NCBI GenBank assembly: GCA_951406725.2
Contig: OX597840.1
Coordinates: forward strand, 12,338,001 to 12,402,000
DNA from: Octopus vulgaris
Lineage: Eukaryota
Length of the DNA stretch: 64,000 nt
Reading direction: 5' to 3'
Shown here piece by piece: positions 1-11,803 of the stretch. Both the position numbers and the translations under genes were made by a program. Every line of letters begins with the position of its first letter. Position 1 is the stretch's first letter. The notes under the pieces are model-generated. The model made no database searches. It was not told the DNA's origin and worked only from the letters and a program-made list of their open reading frames with translations.

Positions 1-54
1 AAATACAGTCTAAAACATTCTAAACACAATATAACACCACTTAGACATCTCCCT

Positions 55-522
55 CTTACTCTTTACTCTTTTACTTGTTTCAGTCATTTGACTGTGGCCA
101 TGCTGGAGCACCACCTTTAGTCGAGCAAATCGACCCCAGGACTTATTCTTTGTAAGCCTACTACTTATTCTACTGGTCTCTTTTGCCGAACTGCTAAGTT
201 ACGGGGACTAGTACTTATTCTATTGGTCTGTTTTGCTGAACCGCTAAGTTATGGGGAAGTAAACACACAAGCATCAGTTGTCAAGCAATGCTGGGGGAGA
301 CAAACACAAACACACAAACACACATATACATATATACACACACATACATATATATATATACAAATATACGATGGGCTTCTTTCAGTTTCCGTCTACCAAA
401 TCCACTCACAAGGCTTTGGTCGGCCTGAGGCTATAGTAGAAGACACTTGCCCAAGGTCCACGCAGTGAGACTAAACCCAGAACCATGTGGTTGGTAAACA
501 AGCTACTCACCACACAGCCACA
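55..522 (-). mobile_element. tRNA-derived SINE, family A (main octopus-type SINE with internal (TA/CA)n tract)
   Basis: Reverse complement of the head GTGGCTGTGTGGTAAGTAGCTTG...GGTTCAGTCCC...CCTTGGGCAAG and the tail ACTGAAACAAGTAAAAGAG; about 25 near-identical copies in the window; small internal duplication at 161-256. Confidence 0.85.
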
Positions 523-710
523 TAGGGTACATATCACCTAAACACCACATGAACTCAGTTTTAAATACCCTCCAAACACCGTTAACCCTCCCTAAACATT
601 ATGTAAACTCTACCCAGACACTCATAAACACCAGAAAAACAACATATAAACACTAACCAAATATCCCTTGACAACCCTTCACTACTCCTAAACACTATAT
701 AAACAACTAT

Positions 711-797
711 ATAGGCGCAGGAGTGGCTGTGTGGTAACTAGCTTGCTTATCAACCACATGGTTCCGGGTTCAGTCCCACTGTGTGACACCTTGGACA
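711..797 (+). mobile_element. SINE family A 5' head only, joined to a 28S rRNA fragment
   Basis: ATAGGCGCAGGAGTGGCTGTGTGGTAA...GGTTCAGTCCCACT...CCTTGGACAA (A/B-box-like head), then abrupt switch to rRNA-like sequence. Confidence 0.85.
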
Positions 798-799
798 AC

Positions 800-1590
800 C
801 TACCCATCCTGTCTTGTAACACGTACTTAAGAGATCCAGTCAGCTGTGAGTTGTTGGAGCCTTTCACTTCGCGAACTGCAAAGGTACAGCGAAAGCAAGA
901 ATGGAAGACATTGTCGCTTGCATCGCTGGTGCCAGTGCCTCTGGGCACTATCGTCGAAGCGCACGTGGCGCACGTGCTTCCTCGAAGCATCGTTCCCAGG
1001 TCGGGTCCGCGCATTCACGACCACGTTTCCATGCATCATTGTGTTCCCGCTTCAACTCATAGCAGGTGGCCAGGCACCCGAAAGATGGCAATCCATGCCC
1101 GGTTGGGACGAAGCCAGATAAAAACTCTGGTAGAAGTCCAAAGCACCTTTGACCTGCAAATTGATTATTGGAACCAGGTTTAGGGGTGAAAGACCAATCA
1201 AACCATCTAGTAGCTAGTTCCCCCTGAAGTTTCTCTCAGGATAGCTGGCACCAGCAGGAGAATGACACACAATTCCATCCAGTAAAGCAAACAACTGGAG
1301 ACCCTGGGGACGTTGACGGCCTCGATCTACTCTTGAACTCAGAACGGGCGAAATAGGCTGGGTGACAGTTTGCGTGATTGCCAGCTAGGTGACTTTTTGA
1401 TGCCTGGTCAAGTAGGAGGCTGCCATAGCATGCATGGAAGCCACGGGTGCGAGCCCAGGTGAAGTCGACCGTGGGTACAGATCTCAGTGGTAGTAGCAAA
1501 TATTCGAACGAGACCTTTGAAGACCGAAGTGGAGAAGGTTTCTGTGCTAATGGCAGTCGAGCATGGGTCAGTCAGTCCTAAGAAACGGGT
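800..1590 (+). pseudogene. Degenerate 28S (LSU) rRNA fragment with internal deletion
   Basis: Conserved LSU motifs in order: CCTGTCTTGTAACACG (cf. CCCGTCTTGAAACACGG), ACCCGAAAGATGG, TAGGGGTGAAAGACCAATCAAACCATCTAGTAGCTAGTTCC, CTCAGGATAGCTGG, GGTAGTAGCAAATATTCGAACGAG, CCGAAGTGGAGAAGG; many substitutions and no flanking rDNA. Confidence 0.9.
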
Positions 1591-1600
1591 TAATAAAATT

Positions 1601-2084
1601 AATGACCTGTAAGTGGGCATCCATTATGCTAGAAGAAGATCTGCTATGGTCTTACCACTAAGGAAGGAATGTTCTCAAGAAAATTTAGCAAACACCAGAA
1701 CGTAAGCGAGCAAGACAAATGAAAAGATATAAAATATAGATTAATCACAAACCCGGTTTCGTTGTTAATTCATTTACATGAGATTGAAAATGTATACAGA
1801 ACTGTATACATGTTCAATCTCGTGTGGACGTCTTGTGTATAGTTCTGCAAATTATATTTGCAAAGACAATCACACTGATGAGTTGCAGATAATTATATAA
1901 ATGATTATGTAAGCATTAACAACGAAACTGGTTTGTGATTAATCTGTATGTTTTGTATCTTTTCATTTGTCTTGCTTGCTTACTTTCTGGCGTTTGCTAA
2001 AATTTCTTGAGAACATTCCTTTCTTAGTGGTAAGGCCATGACGGATCTTCTTCTAGCATAATGGATGTCCACTTACAGGTCATT
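1601..2084. mobile_element. Foldback Penelope-like remnant (about 170-bp inverted arms) carrying a hammerhead
   Basis: Arms about 1601-1768 and 1914-2084 are reverse complements; ends in (TA)n; related copy at 26390-26660. Confidence 0.75.
1868..1940 (+). ncRNA. Minimal type I hammerhead ribozyme
   Basis: AATCACA-CTGATGA-GTTG-(34 nt)-CAAC-GAAA-C-TG-GTT-TGTGATT: 7-bp stem I, 4-bp stem II, intact core. Confidence 0.8.
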
Positions 2085-2087
2085 CTT

Positions 2088-2136
<49 letters not shown>

Positions 2137-2143
<7 letters not shown>

Positions 2144-2500
2144 ACATATGCATATATACATACATAAATGTACGTACCTACCTCTACATGTATATATACA
2201 CGCATATATGGGTACAGGACACCAAAAAAACGTCAAACACAATGAGAAATGAAAACATAAACACAAAATCGAGGAAATGGACATTTTTTTTTTAAACAAC
2301 GAAAAAATAGAGTACAGGACATACAAACAAGGAAAATTCCCCTTCTTAAGTCACCTTAATTTCATCTACTCCACGTTTCGAAGGTCAGGCGATACATGAC
2401 TTCAATGAAATTTTCCTTCCCGCGGAAATCAAATTAAATAAAATTTGAGATTTTTTTGCGGATGTGTAAAAATGGTAACAAAAACAGGACAGTAACGACA
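2137..2500 (-). mobile_element. TA-anchored Penelope-like remnant with permuted hammerhead (same family as 44950-45290)
   Basis: Reverse-complement similarity to 44950-45290; contains the hammerhead strands at 2339-2398. Confidence 0.65.
2339..2398 (-). ncRNA. Non-circularly permuted hammerhead-like motif (core mutated to CTTAAGA)
   Basis: Minus strand CAT-GTA-TCGCCT-GA-CCTTC-GAAA-CGTG-...-AGGTGA-CTTAAGA-AGGGG. Confidence 0.6.
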
Positions 2501-2504
2501 GTAG

Positions 2505-2716
2505 AGAGCTGAAAAGTTCCTGGCTTTAAGAGTATCACAAAAGAGTCTGGTTGGAGGCCCAAACTTCTGAGATCTTTTACAGGACTTAGAAAAACTGAAG
2601 GACTACTGCAATAAATATGTGAATCTGGGCTGGGAATATGTTGAATAAAATCATAATTAACTGAGCCTCCTATATTTTCTTTTACCCAAAGTCAGGAACT
2701 TTTTAGCATCACCTCA
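2505..2716. mobile_element. Tc1/mariner-type MITE
   Basis: Imperfect TIRs GCTGAAAAGTTCCTGGCTTT / AAAGTCAGGAACTTTTTAGC. Confidence 0.5.
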
Positions 2717-3295
2717 CACACACAAACACACACACAAACACATACACAAACACAGACACATATATGCATACACAGACACCCCACACACACACAAACACAC
2801 ATATACACAAGTTATGGGCCTCATCTACCAAATTGACTCACATGAAATTAATCAGACAGGGACAATAGCTACCATGTACTGGAAGTGAACCTGAAACCAT
2901 GTGGTAACAAAGTGAGTTTCCATTATTTTCAAAACTTACTGAAACAAAGACAGAGTATTTCTACGGAAATATGGTAACGAAAGGGTTAAGGAGCAGTGGG
3001 AATAAAGTGCCTGATGTTGGGATTGATCTCATTACCCTTCCATTCAGGAATATTTCAGTTGTTCAGCTACATACAATCAGCCACCCACCAACCAACCAGC
3101 AAACCAACCAGTCAACAAGTAAACCAGCCAGTCGGCCAGCCAGCCAGCCGGCCAGCCAGCCAACCAATAAAGTACCCAGCTACCCAGAAAGGAATTGCCT
3201 AAACCATTTGTAACTGTTTACACTTGTTTGTTCCTCTCTTTGCAATTTTATTCCGATCTCTATATATGGCTGCGTGAGAAATTTGATAAGATTCT

Positions 3296-3296
3296 C

Positions 3297-3351
<55 letters not shown>

Positions 3352-3575
3352 CAACAACAACAATTATAATGATGATGATAATGATGATGATAATAAAAAC
3401 GATGACTATGATGATGATGATGATGGTGATAATGATAATGGTGATGATGACAATGATGATGATGATGATGGTGACGACGATGATAATAATGATAATAATA
3501 ACATTAATGATAATAAATTAATAATAATAATGATGATGATGATAACCATAACAATAACACCACCACCAACAACAA
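3296..3575. repeat. Compound (AAT)n/(GAT)n microsatellite
   Basis: Direct inspection. Confidence 0.95.
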
Positions 3576-4644
3576 AAATAATAAGAAGAATAACAACACA
3601 GACAACATGCTTTATAATATCAGAAAAATTGATAAACAAATTCTTTGGTACTTGCTCACATGCACCAAAAAAAAAAATATATATATATATATGTAATCCT
3701 GGTTGTTTGCCACATTTTTGGTGCTGATGTGCCAAGAATCCAAACTTCCTGCCAGGCTGCATCGCACTTTCCAAATTTCAGGACATGACGTGACACTGAT
3801 TACAGGTGTTATTTCACTGCTCTTACCTTGTACCTGCAAACCAGCCAGGTGGTTGGTCAGGCAGTTGGCCAGTCATCCAGCTTTTATAGGCATTAATTCT
3901 TTTGTTACCAACCTGTCTGGGACAGGCCCCTGGGTCTATGATAAACTTCCTATTTCAAAGTGATCTCAATTAAAATCCTTCCAACAAAATTTCGTGTCAA
4001 ATTATGTTCTACACATTGGATCGATATTTCTTTCTAGTACAGGTACTAGGACAAAGCTTGGATGAGAGAGGCTAATTATTACATCACCTTTAGTCCCTGA
4101 CTGGTGCTTGTTTTATTGATCCTGAAAGAATGAGAGGCCAAATTGACTCCAGAGGAATTTGAAACCAGAGCACAAAGTCAGAAGAAATACCAAAAAAGAA
4201 AGGAATTGGAGATGCAATGCATACCCTGCATGCACACAAGGATAAAATAGAATTTAATTTAATAAGTATATTCTCAGACAAATTCATATTTCAACAAAAT
4301 GACATCAAGAGTCATTTTCCCTGCTTATCGTTTATACATATGTAACAAAGAAAAGAAAAGACATTTTGATTCACCCATCCACCAGTTTTGAAGATAATTA
4401 AACAAAAATTTGATGAGTTTGAGCCACTCACCCAATGAGTATTTCTGCCAAATTTGGTGAAAATCTATTCTGCCAGTTTCCAGTAATTTTTCAAACACAC
4501 AGACAAATAGACAAAGATGAGTGACTGCATTACCCTGCTTTTGCTTATGTATGCAGTGGTGAGCTAACTATTCTGCTAGCTTGCCACCGGCTTATTAATA
4601 GCAGTTATTTTACTGAATTCTTCATTATTTCCAAAATTAATTGT

Positions 4645-5050
4645 GGGTGGCTGCGTTGTAAGTAGCTTGCTTACAAGCCACATGATCCCAGGTTCAGTCC
4701 CACTGCGTAGAACCTTGGGCAAGTGTCTTCTTTTATAGCCTTGGGCTAACCAAAGCCTTGTGAGTGGATTTGGTAGATGAAAACTGAAAGAAGCCCGTCG
4801 TATATATGTATATATATATGTGTATGTGTGTGTATATATTTGTGTGTCTGTGTTTGTCCCCCCAACATCACTTGACAACCGATGCTGGTGTGTTTACATC
4901 CCTGTAACTTAGCAGTTTGGCAAAAGAGACTGATAGAATAAGTACTAGGCTTACTAAGAATAATTCCTGGGGTCGATTGGCTCGACTAAAGGTGGTGCTC
5001 CAGCGTGGCCACAGTCACATGACTGAAAGAAGTAAAAGAGTAAAAGAGTA
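4645..5050 (+). mobile_element. SINE family A
   Basis: Head, internal microsatellite and (GAGTAAAA)n tail. Confidence 0.85.
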
Positions 5051-6497
5051 ATTAAATATTTCAGTCAGTTCTTGATTAACAATTTTAGCAAGATAAGCTC
5101 ATGCTTAGGGCATCTAGGACAAGTGGGGTGCCACTGAAATAGTAAATGGTTCACGGCACAAAAGAAATCACATCCAATTTGCTTAAATAATATTCAAAGT
5201 AGTTTACATGATTGGAAATATAATTTCAAAGCATTCATTGTTTCATAGTGAGGATCTAATCAATGACTTTGCAATTAAAATAAAGTAAGAGACAAATTTT
5301 CAAATATAAATGAAATGGAAGTATACAAAAAACAAAAAATCATTATTTTCTATCTTACTGTTAGTCTTATTTCATTTTGAAAAATGAAAATAAAAATTTA
5401 TTTTATGGTTCATTATTGTTTATATTTGAATTACATATTTATGGTGGTACCAAAATCTTTTAAGTGCTAAGGGCCTCTATGGGTCTTACCTAGCCCTGAT
5501 TTCAATGGTTGCGAGAGGGAAGACAATTTGATTTGTGAAAGTCCAGTATTTTTTTTAATCAGGACACTTCCATCAAGAGGTGGTGATCTCTAATTGCAGA
5601 GGGAACATGTGGAAGGGGTAGATCCAGAAAGATGTAGGACTAAGTAGTGAGGAAGGATCTACAGGCGTTGGGACTCATAGAAGGGATGACAGGGGTCTGA
5701 AACTTCTGGCAGTTTGCTGTGCTTGAAAAGACACACCGAGCTAAGTAAAAGTGTGGTTGCCCTTGCATACAGGCTCAACCCCTGCAACCCTCTCCATCTG
5801 AGCATCCCTAATCTTGCGGACCTCATAGGTCCTGGTGCCATGTAAAAAGCACCTGTGCTGTGTAAAAGCACTTTGTACACTGGTAAAAATTAACCCTTCC
5901 TTCTCCAAGTTTAGATTCGAAACCAAATCTAAGAATTCTTGGTCTTCCAAAACACCACGATCAACAGGCGTGAAAAATGGTTTTCTTTGTCCTGTCAAAA
6001 AGTGAATGATCATTTCCCTTTGACCTACGAATTCTGCCATGTCAGGCGAAGTTCAAATGGACAGGAGCTGACCTATTTAGGTACAAACTCTGCTGCAGTA
6101 TGTCTGTCCTTCTAGCTGCCACGATTATTATAAATATGGTGGTCAACAGACAGACAAAGGGAGAAAGGCCTATGACGACAGGTTTTGAATGACCGTAGAG
6201 ACCCGAGAGAAATGTTCGAAGTTCCACGGTAGACTACTGATCTCAGATGAACTACGCACATACACACACACACAAAGATTGAGCTTTGACACATCACTTC
6301 CACAGATGTACCCTGTTTCTATTTCTAGCAACTCGTAGCAGTTGTCAACATTTTGCATGTAATTATGTGTACCAACAACAAATTAAGTCCGGTGAATAAA
6401 TTATTTTTAACTATGAATTGATTCACTCATTTGTTTACTTCAAAGACATACACATTCCTTTTGCATCTGTTCACCTGATACACACACATAACCACTA

Positions 6498-6680
6498 CAC
6501 ACTCTTGTAAAGTGGTTGGTGTTAGGAAGGGCGCCCAGCTGTAGCAACCATGCCAAAACAGACATGGAGCCTGAACAGCCCTTCAGCTGGTCAGCTGTTG
6601 TCAAACCGTCCAACCCATACCAGCATGGAAAACGGACGTTAAATGCTGCTGCTGCTGATGATGATGAGGATGATGATGAA
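6498..6680 (+). mobile_element. RTE-type LINE 3' tail
   Basis: GTGGTTGGTGTTAGGAAGGG...CCAACCCATACCAGCATGGAAAACGGACGTTAAA followed by (TGA)n; the same tail follows RTE coding sequence at 47520-48308. Confidence 0.7.
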
Positions 6681-6929
6681 CACAACTGATGAGACAAAAT
6701 TACAAAGCTTTATTAGGGGACAACACAGCATCTCTTTAACTGGACACCACACCCTCTCAATGTCGTTAATTAGCACACTTAAATATTTCAGTAGCTGTGA
6801 GAGAGGAGCCATCTGTCGATAATTAGTTTCAAATCTTAATAATTAATTCCTTTAAGAAATATAGAATGACAAACGATAAAATATCAGAAAAACTCCATCT
6901 TTTATCTGTTAATTGAGATTGTTAAACAG

Positions 6930-6940
6930 TTGTGTGTCAG

Positions 6941-7004
<64 letters not shown>

Positions 7005-7308
7005 GTGTGTGTGTGAATTGTGGCTGTGTGTGTGTGACTGTGTGTCTGTGACCAAGTGTGTGTCTGTGAGTTGTGACTGTGTGTGTGAGTGTGTGTGTGT
7101 GTATGCGTGCATGTGTGTATGTGCGTGTGAATTGTGTCTGTGTGTGCATGTGTGTGTGAGTGACTGAGTGTGTGTCTGAATTGTGGCTGTGTGTGTGAGT
7201 GCAGCGCGTGTGTGTGTGTGCATGAATTGTGGCTGTGTGTGTGATTGTGTGTGTGTGACTGAGTGTGTGTCTGTGAATTGTGGCTGTGTGTGTAAGTGCG
7301 TGCGTGTT

Positions 7309-7348
<40 letters not shown>

Positions 7349-7939
7349 TGTGAATTGTGGCTGTGTGTGTGTTTGTGTGTGAGTGACTGAGTGTGTGTCG
7401 GTGAATTGTGGCTGTGTGTGTGAGTGCGTATGTGTGTGTGTGTGTTTGTGTGCATGTGTGTGTGTGTGTGCGTGTGAATTGTGACTGTGTGTGCGTGTGT
7501 GTGTGTGTGACTGACTGTGTGTCTGTGAATTGTGGCTGTGTGTGCAAGTGTATGAGTGTGTGTGTGTGTATGTGAATTTTGTGTGATTGTGTGTAATGGT
7601 GTGCATATGATTATGAATGTGTGTGTGTTGGTGTGAGTAGATGTGAATGTGAGTGTGCATGAATCTGTGTGTGTGTGTGTGTGTGTGTATTCATCATGTG
7701 TGACTGTATGTGTGTGTGTGCAAATGTGTGTGATGTTGTGACTGTGTGGTTGTGTGTACGTGTGTGCATGAATGTGCATGTGTGTGGTTGTGTGATTGTG
7801 TGTGACTGTGATTGTGATTGTGTGATAGTGTGTGTGTATGTGTGTTTTTGTGCGTGTGTGAGAGAGAGAGAAAGAGAGAGAGGGAACATGTTTTTGCGTG
7901 TGAGTGTGTAATTGTGTGTCAGTGTGTGTGTATGTGTGC

Positions 7940-7973
<34 letters not shown>

Positions 7974-8092
7974 GCATGTATGTGAATGTGAGTGTAGGTG
8001 AGTATGTATGTGTGAGTCTGTGAGTGTATGAGTGTGTGTGCATGTGAGTGTGTATGTAAGTGAGTAAGTGTGTGTGTGTGTATATGCGTGTC
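6930..8092. repeat. Degenerate (TG)n array with GTGAATTGTGGCT subunits
   Basis: Direct inspection. Confidence 0.9.
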
Positions 8093-8574
8093 TTTAACCT
8101 CCATTCTACACACCATTCTACAGACCTTGCGATCACTATTCCAATGTTATTCCTCTCTTTTCTAGTCTAATATTGGTTTCTTATCGAAATTCTTTAATAA
8201 TGTCAATTTTGAGGGGAGGGGGGAATCTTATGGATTTAACTGTTTTTGCTTCTTATTTTTTATAATTTTCCTATTTTTAATTTATCTTTCTGCAGAAGAC
8301 CCCAGAAATTTATTGAAATTTACCCCTCCTCACATCCCAAATTTCCTTTAAAAAATAGATAAAACTTTTTCAAAATTCATTTTAAATGAAATCCATACGG
8401 GAAAATCAGTTTCTTTTGCAATTTTGGTGTTTCTTTTCTATTTTTTTTAATGATTTATTCCTGTTTTGTGTTTAATTTTGATTTTCTTTCACTTTTTCTT
8501 ATTCTTCAAATATATTATTGGCACATAGGATTCAGAAATATTCCTTAAAAGATTGTTGTTTGATATACATATAA

Positions 8575-8612
<38 letters not shown>

Positions 8613-8676
8613 GTCTACACACACATTCATATATATATATATATTAATGTATATGCACACACATACACACATATAT

Positions 8677-8938
8677 ACAAGAATTATGGAATGGTTTATG
8701 GAAAAACTGGGCTACATATCTTTCATAGCAAGTGGAACCTCAGAAGTGGTAGAATCCAAGTGAGGTGTATACCACCGGTTACTCTTCAGGCCAAGGATAT
8801 CTTTGGTCTAATCAAGATATCCTTGACCTGAAGAGTGGCCGGTGGTATACATCTCACTTGGATTTTACGACTTCTGAGGTTCTATGCACTATGAAACACG
8901 TAGCCCAGATTTCCCATACTCCATTCTGTAACTCTTGT
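8677..8938. mobile_element. Foldback element with hammerhead-like core
   Basis: Arms about 8677-8803 and 8814-8938 are inverted; the right arm has CTGAAGA (8828-8834)...GAAAC-AC-GTA (8893-8902). Confidence 0.65.
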
Positions 8939-9163
8939 GTTCATTTTCACACACTCGGCAATCCTGGTCGCCTACTGTGGAATATAAAAAGAACTTTTTT
9001 CAGCTCATCATTCTTTGATAAAGAAAAATATCTGCCACCATCCATCTCAATAAACCACTACTGTTCCTGAAAGTTATTTTTTGGGATTCACAGTGGATGA
9101 TTGCTTGAAGCTTATTTTCTTTCTACACCTCGATCCTGGATCTTACATTAATATATATATATA

Positions 9164-9227
<64 letters not shown>

Positions 9228-9782
9228 CTTTTTACTCTTTTACTTGTTTCAGTCATTTGACTGCGGCCATGCTGGAGCATCGCCTTCAGTCGAGCAAATC
9301 GACCCCATGATGATGATGATAATGGTGAAGATGACAACAACGAAGAGAACGATGAAGATGTCGATGACAGCAATGATGGATAATGACCATTGCTCTAAGT
9401 TTTGCAGAGGCAGAAAAAGGAGGAATTTCGGTAAAGAATGTCATCATACATTCTGACAAAAGGAATTACTTTGATGTAGAAAAAAAGAAAAGAAAAAATG
9501 TGACAAATTCCATGATGAATGATTTCATTGATCTCCTATTGAATTTGGGTGATTGTTAGGGATTTTGTGAAAACAGGATTGAGGGATAAAAGATCCCACA
9601 GCTGACGGCAATAGAATAAAACAGGCAATTGGTAAAAATATATGATGGAATTTCACTTTCAATATGGAAATATTTGAAGTATGATGTTACATAAATGTCT
9701 TATTTGCAGTTTATTTCTTCTGTCGTTTTGCCAATTTTATGGTTTTCTATCTTGATGTTGCACAGATAGAGAATTACAAATG

Positions 9783-10590
9783 TACAAGGTGGTATCAAAA
9801 AGTTCCTGGACTAGTTAGGTTTAACAAAAAATAGCTTATTTAGCAAAGTTTTAACATCATCTTCTCCAAAACAGTTACCTTGCACAGCAATACACTCGCC
9901 TCCTTATGAGAGCTCAAAATCTCTCGTGGAAGCGTCATCCAACCAAAATGCAAATATATGGGAGACTACCACCTGTGTCATCTCTTGTGAAAGGTAGGAG
10001 AGTCCAGTTTGCTGGACATTGTTGTAGAGCTGAAAAAGAAGTAATTTCTACTCTTCTCCTCTGGAAGCCATCTACTCGCAATACCAGAGGGCGCACACTC
10101 TCCTACCCTGATGTAGTCTCCAGGGATACAGGCATCCAGCAACAGGACCTCCGTAATGCTATGATGGACCGTGAAGTCTGGCGTAACATAGTAAATTCCA
10201 TTGTCTCGACCACGGTCGAACAATGATCATGATGACACGTGTCCCAGCATTCCTGCTACTTTTGGAATCTGGCTTGGAAGTAATTTTCTGTTAGTTGAGG
10301 ACCTTCTGTGATACCCCCTGGATCTTGACTCTAGTGTTAAAACAGTGACATTTGAACTGCGTTTTCATCTTGGGGAAGAGATGGAAGTCCACAGGTGCTA
10401 AATGCGACAAACAGGGCAGGTGTGAAAGTGGGACCATGTTGTTTATGGCAAGAACTCATGAGTGATAGTTTGGTAGGGTGCTTTTTTGTCATGAAGAATC
10501 CGATTCTTTGCACTCCACAGATCTGATCGCTTTCACTGAATGTCCTCCCTCAAATGTTGCAAAATGCCATAGTAGAAATCCTGATTGTGT
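9783..10590 (-). mobile_element. Decayed mariner-like element interrupted by an RTE insertion
   Basis: TACAAGGTGGTATCAAAAAGTTCC TIR-like end; sequence resumes after the RTE insert. Confidence 0.45.
9896..10235 (+). mobile_element. RTE-clade LINE 3' end (RT C-terminus)
   Basis: ORF 9906-10226 LSWKRHPTK...RRVQFAGHCCR...LLLWKP...AMMDREVWR, typical RTE ORF end, followed by a TGA-repeat tail. Confidence 0.85.
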
Positions 10591-10604
10591 ATGTGTATGT
10601 GTGT

Positions 10605-10645
<41 letters not shown>

Positions 10646-10739
10646 CACACGCACATACATATATGTAAATGTACATCTAGCTATCTATAAGTGTATATAT
10701 ATACTATTACTACTATATGTGTATTTATATATATATATA

Positions 10740-10890
10740 TAGGCGCAGGAGTGGCTGTGTGGTAAGTAGCTTGCTAACCAACCACATGGTTCCGGGTTCA
10801 GTCCCACTGCGTGGCATCTTGGGCAAGTGTCTTCTGCTATAGCCCCGGGCCGACCAATGCCTTGTGAGTGGATTTGGTAGACGGAAACTG
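10740..10890 (+). mobile_element. SINE family A head, truncated by a foldback element
   Basis: Head sequence intact up to GGAAACTG, then (TA)n. Confidence 0.85.
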
Positions 10891-10900
10891 TATATATATA

Positions 10901-11135
10901 TACCGGAGTAAACACATAAATGTGAAACAAGGTGGGAAAAAGAGCACTCAAAAAACCAGAGGTAGAGTAATATGCTTTATTTAAAAGCAGCAGAAATTTA
11001 ACAAAAGCTGTTACTCAGAGTTTCACGTTCCCGTTCGCCGGACAGTTTTGTTAAAAAAAACAAACTGTCTGATGAACTGGAACGTGAAACTTTGAGTAAC
11101 AGCTTTTGTTAAATTTCTGCTGCTTTTAAATAAAG

Positions 11136-11138
<3 letters not shown>
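10901..11138. mobile_element. Foldback Penelope-like remnant with a hammerhead in each arm
   Basis: Inverted arms about 10971-11048 and 11062-11138; same family as 58921-59577. Confidence 0.8.
11065..11102 (+). ncRNA. Minimal type I hammerhead ribozyme
   Basis: CTGT-CTGATGA-ACTGGAACGT-GAAA-C-TTTGA-GTA-ACAG. Confidence 0.8.
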
Positions 11139-11182
<44 letters not shown>

Positions 11183-11365
11183 TCCTGTGTATTGGAGATG
11201 ACATAAATTCTTCCTCCTGATCTGCATATTATTTGTTTATTCCTAAATCCCATGCAGTCTTGTGTAGTTTTGTTGTATTCTTATACAAGATGGAGAAAAT
11301 TGACATCTTCCCAGGTGGCTGGCCTGATAATTGCTAAGAATTCTTGGCATAAAACCAATGGTAAC

Positions 11366-11439
<74 letters not shown>

Positions 11440-11451
11440 CGTGTGTGTGTG

Positions 11452-11486
<35 letters not shown>

Positions 11487-11499
11487 GCACACAGTGATA

Positions 11500-11762
11500 T
11501 ATGGCACATAAAAAGTACCATTCAAGTGTGGTCGATTCCAGTACTGCCTGACTGGCCCTCGTGCTAGTGGCACATAAAAAGCACCCACTACACTCTTGGA
11601 GTGGTTGGCATTTGGAAGGGCATCCAGCTGTAGAAATTTCACCTGGTCAGAATGGAGTCTTGTGCAGGTGCTAGCTTTCCAGTCCTCAGTCAAGCCGTCC
11701 AACCCTTGCCAGCATGGAAAGTGGATGTTAAATGATGATGACGATGATGGAGATGATGATGA

Positions 11763-11766
<4 letters not shown>
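11500..11766 (+). mobile_element. RTE-type LINE 3' tail
   Basis: Same tail family as 6498-6680, ending in (GAT)n. Confidence 0.7.

Positions 11767-11803
<37 letters not shown>

Noticed and set aside
223-468. Recurrent peptide [30 protein letters not shown] as a gene family
   Set aside because: It is the antisense reading of the SINE family A head, frequently broken by stops.
688-1620. Overlapping ORFs of 70-150 aa, or a functional rRNA gene
   Set aside because: The ORFs are chance frames in GC-rich rRNA-derived sequence; the rRNA is partial, internally deleted and lacks rDNA context.
6902-8136. HT-repeat ORFs (also at 25.1, 35.0 and 39.0 kb)
   Set aside because: Translations of (CA)n/(TG)n arrays.
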